Origin: Prolixibacteraceae bacterium
GTDB taxonomy: Bacteria; Bacteroidota; Bacteroidia; Bacteroidales; Prolixibacteraceae
Length of the DNA stretch: 64,000 bases
Direction: 5' to 3'
Assembly: GCA_947475715.1 (NCBI GenBank)
Contig: CANJNY010000007.1
Coordinates: 4,565-68,564, forward strand
The number at the start of each line of letters is the position of its first letter. Positions within the stretch are counted from its first letter, which is position 1. Below, in pieces: positions 18,440 to 29,521 of this stretch. The notes beneath the pieces were generated by a model. The model ran no database searches, was not told where the DNA came from, and worked only from the letters and a program-made list of their open reading frames with translations. The translations under genes and the position numbers were made by a program.

Positions 18440-19717
18440 TTATAACTTAATAAACTCCACTCTGCGGTTAAGCGCCTTATTAAGCAGGTTATCATTGGGA
18501 GCCACAGGTAGACTTTCGCCCATACCATCCGATTCAAGGCGGGCGGGATCAATTCCAAAACCAGCTTCCAATTCATTTTTAACTGAAGCGCCGCGCCGTT
18601 TCGAGAGATCAAGATTAGCTGCGTCAGCCCCATCGCTATCGGTATGGCCCACTACTTTGACCCGTACACCGGGATTTTCAGTTAACACAGCGGCAATATT
18701 TTTTAATGTACCATACGATTCCGGTTTAACAACATCCTTATTGACATCGAAATAAATGCCATAACTAATGAGTTTACCTTCAGTAATCAGTTTGCTGCGC
18801 ATGTCGGGAAGACCAGTAGCCACCCGTATATTTCCAATCATGGTAGTTCCTCTGTCAAAACGGATCATGTTATACTTATAATTTTTCGACATCGCTTTTG
18901 GAAGGTCAAAAATCTTTTCCTGGTCAACGTATAGCCTGATTCTCTCCTTTTGAACCCATACAGAAACTTTGTATTTTTTGTCTGCCAATAACCTGGTCGG
19001 GTCAGATCCACTCAGACCGGGCGTGTTATCTCTGAAATAGGTTGAATAACCGGTGGAGTATTCAAACGCAAACCGGATAGCTGCGTCACCAGGCCGTGCC
19101 AAACCATAGTTGATATCTTTAGGTTTGGTGGTACTGATGATATTAAAAGAGAAAGCAGTATTATTATTGTTTTTAAGGTCTTTTTGCGGGATCACATCAA
19201 ACTCGATTGTGTAATTATCTGGCAATTCTATTGGTGAATCCAGGGTAGTTGCTCCTCTGCCGTTGGTTAAGTTAAACCATCTTCCTTCATAAAGATTGGT
19301 CGTTACCACTTCGCCTGAACCTGTAGTATTCCACTGAACAGGAAAGTCGCCTACATTTTCAGCAGTAAAGTCATCATAAAAAATAACCTTTTCCCCTGCC
19401 ACAAAGTCAAACTTGGAATAGGTCTGAAGTGAAGGTTTAGCCGGCAGGTTAGCTGTTTGCTGCGTTGTTTTCAGGTTCTGAACTTTTGCAATAGTATCCT
19501 TTACTGCTTTTTGAGGCGGGACAGGCTTTTTCTTTCCAAAAATATCCTTAACCCCATTTTCCACCGCATCGAACCCTTTATTAATCTCCTTATTAACATT
19601 CTTGTTGGCTCTGTTCTTTGTCTGATTTTCTATTTTTTTTCCAATGTCTAATTGGGCATTCAGATCAATAAATAACAGACAAAAAAATAACATCAAAAAA
19701 GTTTGTGTCGTTTTCAT
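18440..19717 (-). CDS. OmpA-family protein (C-terminal peptidoglycan-binding OmpA domain)
   Basis: 425 aa with a signal peptide. The C-terminus reads VVGHTDSDGADAANLDLSKRRGASV...NRRVEFIKL. Confidence 0.85.
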   Translation of the reverse strand: MKTTQTFLMLFFCLLFIDLNAQLDIGKKIENQTKNRANKNVNKEINKGFDAVENGVKDIFGKKKPVPPQKAVKDTIAKVQNLKTTQQTANLPAKPSLQTYSKFDFVAGEKVIFYDDFTAENVGDFPVQWNTTGSGEVVTTNLYEGRWFNLTNGRGATTLDSPIELPDNYTIEFDVIPQKDLKNNNNTAFSFNIISTTKPKDINYGLARPGDAAIRFAFEYSTGYSTYFRDNTPGLSGSDPTRLLADKKYKVSVWVQKERIRLYVDQEKIFDLPKAMSKNYKYNMIRFDRGTTMIGNIRVATGLPDMRSKLITEGKLISYGIYFDVNKDVVKPESYGTLKNIAAVLTENPGVRVKVVGHTDSDGADAANLDLSKRRGASVKNELEAGFGIDPARLESDGMGESLPVAPNDNLLNKALNRRVEFIKL

Positions 19718-19829
19718 ATCAGTAAAAATTAGATTCCCTTAAATATACAGAAAATCAAACTAATTTTTACTAATTCATGGGGATAATATTAAACTGAAGG
19801 CCGGACATTGAGTCCGGAATTCACTTCCG

Positions 19830-20756
19830 CTAAAGTCGCCTGCGGCGCAACCTTTTTCGTGGCTTCAGAAGCTCCTGATCCTGAGCTGTTTTGATCCAGC
19901 ACTCCCTGTATTCATGGATAAAATCAGCCAGATTACGCGGATCGTGTCCTGTAATTGAATGAAATACATCATTGGTATTATTCATTTTACCACTCTTAGC
20001 GGCAGAATAGAGCAAAGAGAGGGTCACTACGTAGAGTAAATGTTTCTTGTCCAGCAACTTTTGCCGTACAAATTTTATTGTCGAAGGTTTTGTATATTTA
20101 ATTTCCCGCCCTAATTCATCCGAAAACATTTTTGCAATCTGATAAAAATCAAACGGCTCAGGCCCTGTAAGCTCAAACGATTGGTTTTCATATACCGGAT
20201 TCATCAGCGAGGCCACAATAACCTCTGCGACATCCCGAACATCAATATAGTTAACCAGACCATGTCCTGCAGGAACATGGATTCGGTCATGATCCAAAAT
20301 ATCATGCCGATGGAGTGAAGTGAGATTCTGCATATATAATGAGGGGCGCAGAATGGTGGAAGGAATACTTAATTTTTTAAAATGACTTTCTGTCCGGTGG
20401 TTGGCAAAAATACGATTCCGTTCAGCCCCTACGATCGACACAAAAACGATATGGCGTACACCAATCTTCTCTGCTTTTGTCAGGAAAGGGAAAATATAGC
20501 GGGAAACATCCGAAACCTGGTTTGGCCTTATCAGTACAATTTGTGTTACTCCTTCGAGTGCAGCATCATACGTGCCAGGCTCATCAAATTCGAAATGGCA
20601 GAAATTACAGTTTTCAATCCCTTCAATTTTCTTTGCCCGTTCAATATCCCTTACAGCCGCCACCACTTCAACACCCTCTGGATTAAGGCTATACAACAAC
20701 TTCAGCGTACTTAATCCCACATTGCCGGTAGCTCCGGTGATCAATATTTTTTCCAT
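19830..20756 (-). CDS. NmrA-like / atypical SDR NAD(P)-binding protein
   Basis: N-terminal Rossmann motif MEKILITGATGNVG. 308 aa with an unusual polybasic C-terminus, KPRKRLRRRRL. Confidence 0.75.
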   Translation of the reverse strand: MEKILITGATGNVGLSTLKLLYSLNPEGVEVVAAVRDIERAKKIEGIENCNFCHFEFDEPGTYDAALEGVTQIVLIRPNQVSDVSRYIFPFLTKAEKIGVRHIVFVSIVGAERNRIFANHRTESHFKKLSIPSTILRPSLYMQNLTSLHRHDILDHDRIHVPAGHGLVNYIDVRDVAEVIVASLMNPVYENQSFELTGPEPFDFYQIAKMFSDELGREIKYTKPSTIKFVRQKLLDKKHLLYVVTLSLLYSAAKSGKMNNTNDVFHSITGHDPRNLADFIHEYRECWIKTAQDQELLKPRKRLRRRRL

Positions 20757-20976
20757 ACCTAAATTAAAGTTCAGCGTGACAAATTTAAACCTTTTCAGTA
20801 AAAATCAGTCTTCGATTTATTTAAAGTGTAATTATAATGTAAAAATTGAAATATCAGCACTTTTGAGGCTTAAATAGGAATTACAAAGATGGCAGGATTA
20901 TTGAAAACGTTGCATAAAAAACATCCTGTTTTTTTATCTTTATCAAAAATTTATTTTACTATAAATCGTTAATCAC

Positions 20977-21579
20977 ATGAAAATATTTTTGATTTTAACT
21001 CTGGCTGTTTTTGGCGTTTTAAATCTAAAGGGACAGATTAAACCAATGGATAAATTATTCAGGGACAAGCCCAGAGATTTAGCATTATACCTTAATCCAA
21101 ACTTTGAATACAGCCAGATCGCCCTTCAGCGTACCATGATTGGAGGCTTAGGAGTTGGAGTGATTATCAACAGGAAAATTTCCATTGGAGCAGTTTACAA
21201 TACAACCATAAATAATATCCACTTACCACAACCGATAGGGACAGGCAATCTTAAAATGGCATTTGAAGGGGTCCATTTTGAATATACCATATGGCCAACT
21301 CAAGTGGTTCATCTCACGTTCCCGCTCTCTGCCGGTCTTGGTCAACTTCAAATTACAGGAAATACCTCTGCGATAACAGGCAGTCCGAACTTCATCTTCG
21401 CTGAACCCGGCATGCTTATCGAGGCCAATATCTGGAGATATGCCAAACTTGGGATCGGCACGACCTACCGTTATACGGCTAACGTCACTTATGGAACGAT
21501 TACGCAAGATGATCTTAGCGGTTTTAATGCGATAATATCCCTGAAATTTGGTTATTTCCGCTACTCAAGACGTAAATAA
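20977..21579 (+). CDS. Hypothetical secreted protein, possibly a small outer-membrane beta-barrel
   Basis: 200 aa with signal peptide MKIFLILTLAVFGVLNLKGQ. It shows an alternating hydrophobic pattern and a near-C-terminal aromatic beta-signal-like segment, ISLKFGYF. Confidence 0.4.
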   Translation: MKIFLILTLAVFGVLNLKGQIKPMDKLFRDKPRDLALYLNPNFEYSQIALQRTMIGGLGVGVIINRKISIGAVYNTTINNIHLPQPIGTGNLKMAFEGVHFEYTIWPTQVVHLTFPLSAGLGQLQITGNTSAITGSPNFIFAEPGMLIEANIWRYAKLGIGTTYRYTANVTYGTITQDDLSGFNAIISLKFGYFRYSRRK

Positions 21580-21605
21580 ACGTCCCATAAAAAATCCTGA
21601 TCTGG

Positions 21606-23393
21606 CTACTCCTCCTCACGCGAAGGGGCAAATATCTCCTCAATCAATCCCTTATATTTGGCCTCAATAACTTTGCGTTTAAGTTTTAGTGTTTGAGACA
21701 ATTCGCCGGTTTGTGCACTCCACGAATCAGCTGTGATCCGGAATCGTTTGATCTCCTCGTGTTGCCCCAAAGTTTTATTAATTTCCTTTACCTCTTTTAG
21801 AAATTCTGCCTGAACCTTAGACTGGATGATTGCCTCAGCATTATCCTTATAAAGAATTTGTTGTGATGAACACCAATCATGAAGATATTCAAAATTAGGA
21901 GAGATGATGGCACTTGCGAATTTCTCATGATCTCCGATTACGATAACCTGATCGATGAACATCGACTCCTTTAATTTATTCTCAATCATCTGGGGAGCAA
22001 TATATTTCCCTCCTGTGAGTTTAAATATCTCTTTTTTCCGGTCCGTAATCTTGAGATATTTACCCTCGTCCAGAATACCGATATCCCCGGTATGAAACCA
22101 ACCATCTTTATCGATTACCTCGGCTGTAAGCTCGGGCTCACGATAATAGCCCATCATCAAATTTGGTCCTTTAGTTAAAATTTCTCCGTCTTCAGCAATT
22201 TTAACCTCGACACCGGGCAATACCGGTCCATTGGTACCCACCTTTAATTCATGGGTCATGAGGTTTCCAACAGCAACCACTGGTGATGTTTCTGTTAATC
22301 CATACCCTTCGAGAACGTAGATTTTTGCAGCGCTGAAAACCCGTGCTATCCGGGGTTGTAAGGAGGCCCCTCCCGAAACAACAATCTGAAGATTTCCTCC
22401 TAATCCGGCCCTCCATTTCGAATAGATCAGTTTATCGGCAACAGCAAGTTTAATCCGGTACCATAGCGACATCTTCATATTATGCTCATAAACACGACCC
22501 AGGTCAACGGCCCAAAAAAAGAGGGTCTTTTTAATCCCGGTTAACTGCTTTCCTTTGGTAAGAATACTGTTGTAAACCCGCTCCAGTAATCGGGGGACAC
22601 CGCAGAAAATATGTGGCTGAACCTCCTTAATCGCAGGCATGATCTGTGCCAGTGATTCCACATAATAGACCCCAATCCCTTTGTAAAGGAAATTATAATT
22701 CACAATACGTTCGAATATATGACACAGGGGTAGGAATGATATCGATTTATGTGCTGTTCCAAGATCAAAATTATTGGCATGTGTGGTAAAATTAGAAACC
22801 AGATTCCGGTGTGATAGCATCACCCCTTTGGGAATTCCGGTAGTTCCTGAGGTATAGATCATTGTTGCCATCTCCTCCTCCTTGATTGAATCCTTTATCT
22901 GATATAGTACCGGCGATAGCTCCTGTTCCCTGGAGGCCCCCTTTTCATAGAATGAATTAATATTCGTTGCGCCTGCAACTTCATTGAAAACAAAAACCTG
23001 TTCCAGACTGGTAATCTGGCCAACCATGGGGCTCAGTTTCTTATATAATTTTTCATCTGAGACAAAAATAAAACGCGTTTCAGCATGGGTGAAAATATAG
23101 CGGTATTCCTCCTCGCTAATAGTAGGATAAACCGGAACATGAACTGCACCGGTCATGGCAAGGGCCATATCTACAAAACTCCATTCGGGACGATTTCCTG
23201 AAACTGTCGCAACACGATCCCCCTTTTTAATACCAATGGCAAGGAGTCCAAGAGCAAGCAACTCCGATTGGCGGGCAAACTGTTCAGTACTAAAGGTTAC
23301 CCATTGGTTCCCATATTTACCAGCTACGGCATCTGGACGAGGGCAGTTTTTAAGACAATTTTCAAGAATATCAAACGTGCGTTTTACAGTCAT
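21606..23393 (-). CDS. Long-chain-fatty-acid--CoA ligase (AMP-dependent synthetase)
   Basis: AMP-binding motif YTSGTTGIPKGV, plus GYGLTETS and TGDIG...ITDRKKE. I placed the start at the ATG at 23391-23393 (MTVKRTFDIL) rather than the track start at 23471. Confidence 0.85.
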   Translation of the reverse strand: MTVKRTFDILENCLKNCPRPDAVAGKYGNQWVTFSTEQFARQSELLALGLLAIGIKKGDRVATVSGNRPEWSFVDMALAMTGAVHVPVYPTISEEEYRYIFTHAETRFIFVSDEKLYKKLSPMVGQITSLEQVFVFNEVAGATNINSFYEKGASREQELSPVLYQIKDSIKEEEMATMIYTSGTTGIPKGVMLSHRNLVSNFTTHANNFDLGTAHKSISFLPLCHIFERIVNYNFLYKGIGVYYVESLAQIMPAIKEVQPHIFCGVPRLLERVYNSILTKGKQLTGIKKTLFFWAVDLGRVYEHNMKMSLWYRIKLAVADKLIYSKWRAGLGGNLQIVVSGGASLQPRIARVFSAAKIYVLEGYGLTETSPVVAVGNLMTHELKVGTNGPVLPGVEVKIAEDGEILTKGPNLMMGYYREPELTAEVIDKDGWFHTGDIGILDEGKYLKITDRKKEIFKLTGGKYIAPQMIENKLKESMFIDQVIVIGDHEKFASAIISPNFEYLHDWCSSQQILYKDNAEAIIQSKVQAEFLKEVKEINKTLGQHEEIKRFRITADSWSAQTGELSQTLKLKRKVIEAKYKGLIEEIFAPSREEE

Positions 23394-23528
23394 AGGAATA
23401 CATTTTTTAGTAAAATTAAAAATTGCGGGAAAAAATCCAACGAATTGAATAGTTTTTGTTTGGTATAACACAAAAGTTCCACACTTTAAATAAACAGGAC
23501 GAAAGTTTCAAAAATATTATTCGTGCAA

Positions 23529-23566
23529 TAAAAACCCCTGACAGGTTCCGTAAAACCGGTCAGGGG
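23529..23566 (-). terminator. Rho-independent terminator after the CcsBA gene
   Basis: The minus strand reads CCCCUGAC-(16 nt loop)-GUCAGGGG followed by UUUUUAUUG. It starts about 38 nt after the stop at 23604. Confidence 0.6.
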
Positions 23567-23603
23567 TAACTTATACATTGACAAACTGTTTTAATAAGAA
23601 AGA

Positions 23604-26600
23604 CTAACTCTGCTTTGATGCACTATCATTCTTTTTGGCCATAAAAGCGAGAACTCCAACAATTCCATAAAAGACTACGATTGAAACCGGGAACTGCAAA
23701 CCGGCACCACTTCCATAAGAATGGAGACCTGAAAGGTAGTAGTTCACTCCAAGGTAAGTCATCAGCACAGAAAGCATTCCAATAACTGAGGCCAGATTGT
23801 ATGCAAACCATCCGCGGAAACCGGGAATAAGCCTCATGTGGGAAATAAATCCATAAAACAACACGCTGATAAGTGCCCAGGTCTCTTTGGCATCCCATCC
23901 CCAATATCTGCCCCAGGATTCATTGGCCCAAACGCCACCAAGGAATGTACCGATTGTAAGAAGATACAACCCCAGAATCATTGAAGCTTCATTAATATGG
24001 GTCAGCTGACTTATCGACAACTGAATACGGCTGCTGTTTAACTTAGTTTGGAAAGCACCCATGAGTAAATTTACAAATCCAATAATTGCACTCACCCCAA
24101 GGAAACCATAGCTTGCAGTAATTACCGCAACATGGATTGCAAGCCAATAAGATTTAAGCACAGGTACAAGGTTGGTAATTTCCGGGTTAAGCCAGCTCAT
24201 TTGTGCAACAAAAAGGGTAAGCCCTGAGAGTATTGCAGAAACAGCAAGAACCATTGGATTGCTGAGTGAAAAGATCAATCCGGCAAGCATCACCGCCCAG
24301 GCAATGTATATCATCGACTCGTATCCGTCGCTCCACGGCAAATGACCTGAAACATATCCGCGGCTAATCAGACCCAAAGTTTGAAATACAAATCCAATAA
24401 ACAAGGCGATCACGATATATTGAACTGCCTTTTTATTCAATTTTTTAGCTTTAAGTACAGAATAGAAGAAAAATCCAAACAATGCCAATCCAAGCAGCAA
24501 ATATAAACTGGATAGATTCTTAAAGATATTGACCCGGTTATATAAGATTTCGAGGTTTTGTTTTGTTTCTCCTGGAATAAGAGAGGATCCGTAATGGAGC
24601 TGATATCCTAGAATCATCTCAACCGATTTGCTGGCTGATTCCAGATTTCCGTCGCGCAGAGCGTTCACAAAGGTTGGAAAGATCTTTGCCACGAGCACTG
24701 AGTCAGGACCAAAGCTTGCGGGGAAATGGGAAATCGGGGTGTACCAAACCTGATCATTCCGGTCGGGTGAAGGGAAGAATTTATACATATCGCCATGATA
24801 AACCTGATAAACGACATTTAACCGGTCATCCACTTTTATGACATTATTATCGAAAAGCTTCCTGTCCCCCGGTTTCTTTCCGAAAGCTATTTGCACATCG
24901 TTGACTAATTTGTAGTTTCCCTGCTGATCGAAAAAGTCGTTAAACGAAGCCTTTCCTTCCAGCACTCCAAGTTTTGCACCGATCTGATCATCCGAGATTG
25001 CAATCATCGAAACCTGCTGCCAGTCCTGAGGATAGGCCAGCATTCCAAGGACAACCTGTTCCGGCAGTTGTCCTGAAATAGCCTCCGAACGCGAGACCTT
25101 CATAACCATTTCATAGGCAAGTGTGCTGAAAGGTTTTATCCGTCCATCGTGCCCCTGTACCCAAACTTTTGCAAAATCTTTGGCAAGAGCAGGCGAAACA
25201 GAATGGGGCTCAATAGCACTTGCGGCAAATGCTGAGCCGGCCAACAATATTAAGATCAGCGCTGTACCTGCAGAAGCTTTTTTCATCAGATTATAGAAGT
25301 GACTGTTTTTATTAAAGATGGATAAAAGGATTCCAAGAGCGAGAAGGAAATAACCCAAATAGGTAATCCACGTACCGGGAAGGTCATCATTTACAGAAAG
25401 AATAGTCCCCCTTTCATCCATATCATAAGAGGATTGGTAAAATCGATAACCCCTGTGATTCAATATATTATTCATAAATATCCGGTGATCTTCGTTAATC
25501 CCCTTCTCTTTATCAGTCAGGGTCACCAGACTTTCATAAGAGGATGGACTGTTTGACCCCGGATATCTGGTCAAAGTAAAGTCTTTTAAACTTAAAGTAA
25601 AAGGGAGTACGATCTCTTCGGGACCTACCCACATGCGATAGCTTACCCCTTCGAAAGTTCCTGTATATTTCATCGATTCATTCTGAGCTGAAGTCCATAG
25701 GGTAACCTCCTGCTGTTTTTGGTTATTGGCAAGCTGAATAACCAATGCATTTTCACCCGTAGCTGTTCCGTTACCGGCAGATGCCTCTGCTCTTGCAGCT
25801 TTCAAAAACCGTTTAACAACTATTGAAGTAGACCCAACCTGGTAAATCAGTCTTTCAATGCAAGCAATCTCTTTTCCCGCCGGACAATCAGGTAATTGTT
25901 GAGCCTGCATATTAGATGCGTGAATAACATCATCGGCAACCATTTTAAGGCTATCCCCTTTGAGGATAAAACGGACATTTGCCGCAGTGTTAAATCCTAT
26001 TGTGATTCCGCCAGCAGAAACCAACTGACCCATTGTGATTAATTCATTTTTCATCCCATTCCCGGAGGAATAGACGAATTCGATCATTGGTTCACCCTGG
26101 CTGTTTTCCTGGATACTCCGTTGGGCATCGGCAATGTAGTTTACCGATTTCACGGAAAAGGCTTTTCCTCCAATATTTACTTTTTCAGATAATTTATTTC
26201 CCGCAAGGGCAGTTGCCCCCACTGCTTCAGAAAATCGTTTTTGTTCACCCTGATAAATTGCTTCAAAATTAAATTTCGTTTGGTTTGAGACCAGAATATT
26301 GGTGGACTCGCCTTCACGGATATGCACAACCCCTTCGCTGCCAAAATAACGGGTCACTCCGGCACCAATTATAATCAGCACGAACGCAAGATGAAAAACG
26401 CCCATTGAGAGTCTCTTTTTCAAATACATCTTATGTTTTAGAAAATTAGCAATCATATTCGCACTCAGAATGATCAGGATCAATTCGAGCCACCATGTAT
26501 TGTACACCATTGCACGTGCAGCTTCAGTACCATAGCTATTTTCGATAAATGTCCCTGCAGCCAGGGAAAAGGCAAAAAGCAGCAACAAAAACCCCGCTGT

Positions 26601-26636
26601 ACCAACTGAAAAAAGGAAATTATAGAAATTCTTCAT
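23604..26636 (-). CDS. ccsA: Cytochrome c biogenesis protein, fused ResB/CcsB-CcsA (system II heme lyase)
   Basis: A ResB-like N-terminal half has a large periplasmic loop. The CcsA half carries the WWD heme-handling motif WGRYWGWDAKETWA. ATG at 26634-26636 (MKNFYNFLFS). Confidence 0.85.
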   Translation of the reverse strand: MKNFYNFLFSVGTAGFLLLLFAFSLAAGTFIENSYGTEAARAMVYNTWWLELILIILSANMIANFLKHKMYLKKRLSMGVFHLAFVLIIIGAGVTRYFGSEGVVHIREGESTNILVSNQTKFNFEAIYQGEQKRFSEAVGATALAGNKLSEKVNIGGKAFSVKSVNYIADAQRSIQENSQGEPMIEFVYSSGNGMKNELITMGQLVSAGGITIGFNTAANVRFILKGDSLKMVADDVIHASNMQAQQLPDCPAGKEIACIERLIYQVGSTSIVVKRFLKAARAEASAGNGTATGENALVIQLANNQKQQEVTLWTSAQNESMKYTGTFEGVSYRMWVGPEEIVLPFTLSLKDFTLTRYPGSNSPSSYESLVTLTDKEKGINEDHRIFMNNILNHRGYRFYQSSYDMDERGTILSVNDDLPGTWITYLGYFLLALGILLSIFNKNSHFYNLMKKASAGTALILILLAGSAFAASAIEPHSVSPALAKDFAKVWVQGHDGRIKPFSTLAYEMVMKVSRSEAISGQLPEQVVLGMLAYPQDWQQVSMIAISDDQIGAKLGVLEGKASFNDFFDQQGNYKLVNDVQIAFGKKPGDRKLFDNNVIKVDDRLNVVYQVYHGDMYKFFPSPDRNDQVWYTPISHFPASFGPDSVLVAKIFPTFVNALRDGNLESASKSVEMILGYQLHYGSSLIPGETKQNLEILYNRVNIFKNLSSLYLLLGLALFGFFFYSVLKAKKLNKKAVQYIVIALFIGFVFQTLGLISRGYVSGHLPWSDGYESMIYIAWAVMLAGLIFSLSNPMVLAVSAILSGLTLFVAQMSWLNPEITNLVPVLKSYWLAIHVAVITASYGFLGVSAIIGFVNLLMGAFQTKLNSSRIQLSISQLTHINEASMILGLYLLTIGTFLGGVWANESWGRYWGWDAKETWALISVLFYGFISHMRLIPGFRGWFAYNLASVIGMLSVLMTYLGVNYYLSGLHSYGSGAGLQFPVSIVVFYGIVGVLAFMAKKNDSASKQS

Positions 26637-26721
26637 GATAGTAAATTTAAGTGTGCTAATATATGAAAAAAAAACAGTTGCCGTTATGGAGTGAGGGCAA
26701 CTGTTCAAATTTTGAATCGTT

Positions 26722-29340
26722 CTAAATCAATAGCTTTCTCGCATTTTGAAGTAACACCGGTATTCCGGCGGGCTCCTTTCCACCGGCAGTGGCATAAAAT
26801 GGCTGTCCACCCCCACTGCCATTTACCGATTTTGCGAGTTCACGGACAATAGCGCCCGCATTCATCCCTTTTTCTGCTAACAGGTTATCCGAAATCATTA
26901 CATGAATATTGGCCTTGCCATCAATCTCTGCAGCCAGCACAAGGAATAAATTTCCGAGCTCCCCTTTGAGCTGAAAAGCAATATCCTTAAGGATTGCAGA
27001 ATTATCAACCTTAAGTTGTTGTCCCAGGAAGTTAATCCCATTGATTGTCTCCACCTGATTCAGGAGCTCCCTCTTTAACTTACCGGCATTCTCTTTTTCA
27101 AATGCTTCAGCCTGTTTGGCAAGCAGCTGAAATTTTAAAAACAGCTCTTCAACTGCACCTTTAAGATCTGCAGGATTATTAAATAACGAAGAAACCTCTT
27201 TGAGCGTTTTTAGCCGGGTTTCTACATACTGTTCAGCTTTTACCGCAGTAATCGCCTCGATACGACGTACTCCTGCAGAAATAGATCCTTCAGAAAGTAT
27301 GATAAACTGGCCAATCGTACCGGTTGATTCGACATGGGTACCTCCGCACAACTCTACCGAATCACCAAATTTAATAACTCTGACCTTATCGCCGTATTTC
27401 TCGCCAAACAGGGCGATAGCACCCATTTTTTCTGCCTCTGCAATCGGGACTTCACGACGTTCATCCTTTTTTTCGTTGGCTCGGATTAACTGATTCACCC
27501 GTTCCTGAATCCGAAGTAATTCGTCATCGGTTACCTTCTGAAAGTGGTTAAAGTCAAAACGCAATGAATCAGGGTTGACCAATGATCCTTTTTGTTCGAT
27601 ATGAGTACCCAGCACTTCACGCAACGCATGATCAAGAAGGTGTGTAGCGGTATGGTTATTCTCAGTAAGGCTCCGGTTATGGATATTAACTCTGGCGGTG
27701 AAGAGTCCTTCCGGATTTGCAGGAAGAATTTTTGCCAGGTGAACAGTCAGGTTATTTTCTTTAACCGTATCAAATATTTCGACCTTATTTCCATTTAATT
27801 CAATGGTTCCTGAATCACCTACCTGGCCTCCCGATTCGGCATAAAATGGGGTGGTATTGAAAACCAGCTGATAAAACTCCCCTTTTTTCCCTTTAACCTT
27901 CCGGTAACGGTTTATTTTAATTTTTGATTCAACGTTATCATACCCAACAAACCCCTCTCCCTCGGCCTGTTGAAGTTCTATCCAGTCTCCTGTTTCAAGC
28001 TGGGTTGCACTACGGGAGCGGTTTTTCTGTGCCTCCATAGCCAGTTCGAATTCATCACGGTTCACCGTCAGTTCCTGTTCACGAAGAATAAGTTCGGTAA
28101 GATCGAGTGGAAATCCAAAGGTATCATAAAGTTCAAATGCCACATTCCCATTCACCTCAGATCCCAAATTCTTTTTGGTAGTTTCAATAATCGTATCGAG
28201 CATTTTAATTCCCGTTTCCAGGGTACGAAGAAATGAATCCTCCTCTTCACGAATCACATTTACCACTAACTCCTGCTGCCTGATTAACTCAGGAAAGGCG
28301 CCTCCCATATTCTGGGCAAGAACCTGAACGAGCTGATGAATAAACGGTTTTCTGAAATCCAGGAACGTATAGCCATACCGTACAGCACGACGCAGGATTC
28401 GTCTTATCACATAACCCGCTTTATTGTTTGAGGGTAATTGTCCATCGGTTATTGCAAAGGAGATGGCCCGAAGATGGTCTGCGATAACTCGCATGGCAAT
28501 ATCAGCTTTTTCATCTGCTCCGTATTTCTTTCCTGCAAGATATCCAATTTGGGTAATTACGCTCTGGAAAACATCGGTATCGTAATTCGATTGTTTGTTC
28601 TGGATAACCATACACAACCGTTCAAAACCCATTCCGGTATCGACATGTTTAGCGGGAAGTTCCTCGAGCTGACCACTTGCTTTCCTGTTAAACTGGATAA
28701 ACACAAGGTTCCAGATTTCGATCACCTGCGGATGCCCCTCATTGACAAGGTCGCGGCCATTTACCATCGCTTTTTCATCCTCACTGCGGATATCCACATG
28801 AATTTCGGAGCAGGGACCGCAAGGACCTGAGTCACCCATTTCCCAGAAATTATCTTTTTTATTCCCTTTCAAAATGCGATCCTCAGGCAAATACTTACTC
28901 CACAACGCGTGTGCTTCCAGATCCATGGGGACACCATCCTTTTCGTCCCCTTCGAATATGGTCACATACAGCTTGTCAACCGGGATTTTATAAACATCCA
29001 CCAACAGTTCCCATGCCCAATCGATTGCCTCCTTCTTAAAATAGTTTCCAAACGACCAGTTTCCAAGCATCTCAAACATGGTATGGTGGTAGGTGTCATG
29101 ACCCACCTCTTCAAGATCATTATGCTTTCCCGAAACTCTCAGACATTTCTGAGTATCTGCAATACGGGGATTGTTAGCCGGAGAATTCCCCAGGAATATA
29201 TCCTTAAACTGGTTCATTCCTGCGTTTGTAAACATCAATGTAGGGTCATTCTTAACGACCATCGGAGCCGAAGTGACGATCGCATGATCTTTGGAAGCAA
29301 AAAAGTCGAGAAATGTTTGACGTATCTGTCTTGAATTCAT
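26722..29340 (-). CDS. alaS: Alanine--tRNA ligase
   Basis: 872 aa. It begins MNSRQIRQTFLDFFASKDH, has an editing-domain HTATHLL...CGGTH motif, and a C-terminal DHHA1-like end GSGGGQPFYATAGG. Confidence 0.97.
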   Translation of the reverse strand: MNSRQIRQTFLDFFASKDHAIVTSAPMVVKNDPTLMFTNAGMNQFKDIFLGNSPANNPRIADTQKCLRVSGKHNDLEEVGHDTYHHTMFEMLGNWSFGNYFKKEAIDWAWELLVDVYKIPVDKLYVTIFEGDEKDGVPMDLEAHALWSKYLPEDRILKGNKKDNFWEMGDSGPCGPCSEIHVDIRSEDEKAMVNGRDLVNEGHPQVIEIWNLVFIQFNRKASGQLEELPAKHVDTGMGFERLCMVIQNKQSNYDTDVFQSVITQIGYLAGKKYGADEKADIAMRVIADHLRAISFAITDGQLPSNNKAGYVIRRILRRAVRYGYTFLDFRKPFIHQLVQVLAQNMGGAFPELIRQQELVVNVIREEEDSFLRTLETGIKMLDTIIETTKKNLGSEVNGNVAFELYDTFGFPLDLTELILREQELTVNRDEFELAMEAQKNRSRSATQLETGDWIELQQAEGEGFVGYDNVESKIKINRYRKVKGKKGEFYQLVFNTTPFYAESGGQVGDSGTIELNGNKVEIFDTVKENNLTVHLAKILPANPEGLFTARVNIHNRSLTENNHTATHLLDHALREVLGTHIEQKGSLVNPDSLRFDFNHFQKVTDDELLRIQERVNQLIRANEKKDERREVPIAEAEKMGAIALFGEKYGDKVRVIKFGDSVELCGGTHVESTGTIGQFIILSEGSISAGVRRIEAITAVKAEQYVETRLKTLKEVSSLFNNPADLKGAVEELFLKFQLLAKQAEAFEKENAGKLKRELLNQVETINGINFLGQQLKVDNSAILKDIAFQLKGELGNLFLVLAAEIDGKANIHVMISDNLLAEKGMNAGAIVRELAKSVNGSGGGQPFYATAGGKEPAGIPVLLQNARKLLI

Positions 29341-29521
29341 ATAATTTATTAGTTAAAAAACCTTTAAAATCGTGCATTACAACGAATAAGGGCCAATTTA
29401 AACGATTAATTTCATAGATTTGCACCGCTTCAACAGCACTATTGCTCAATAATATTTGCAAAATTAGATTATTTCGCTAATTTTGACCATAGTGTATTAA
29501 AAATAAAACGAGTTACAGATT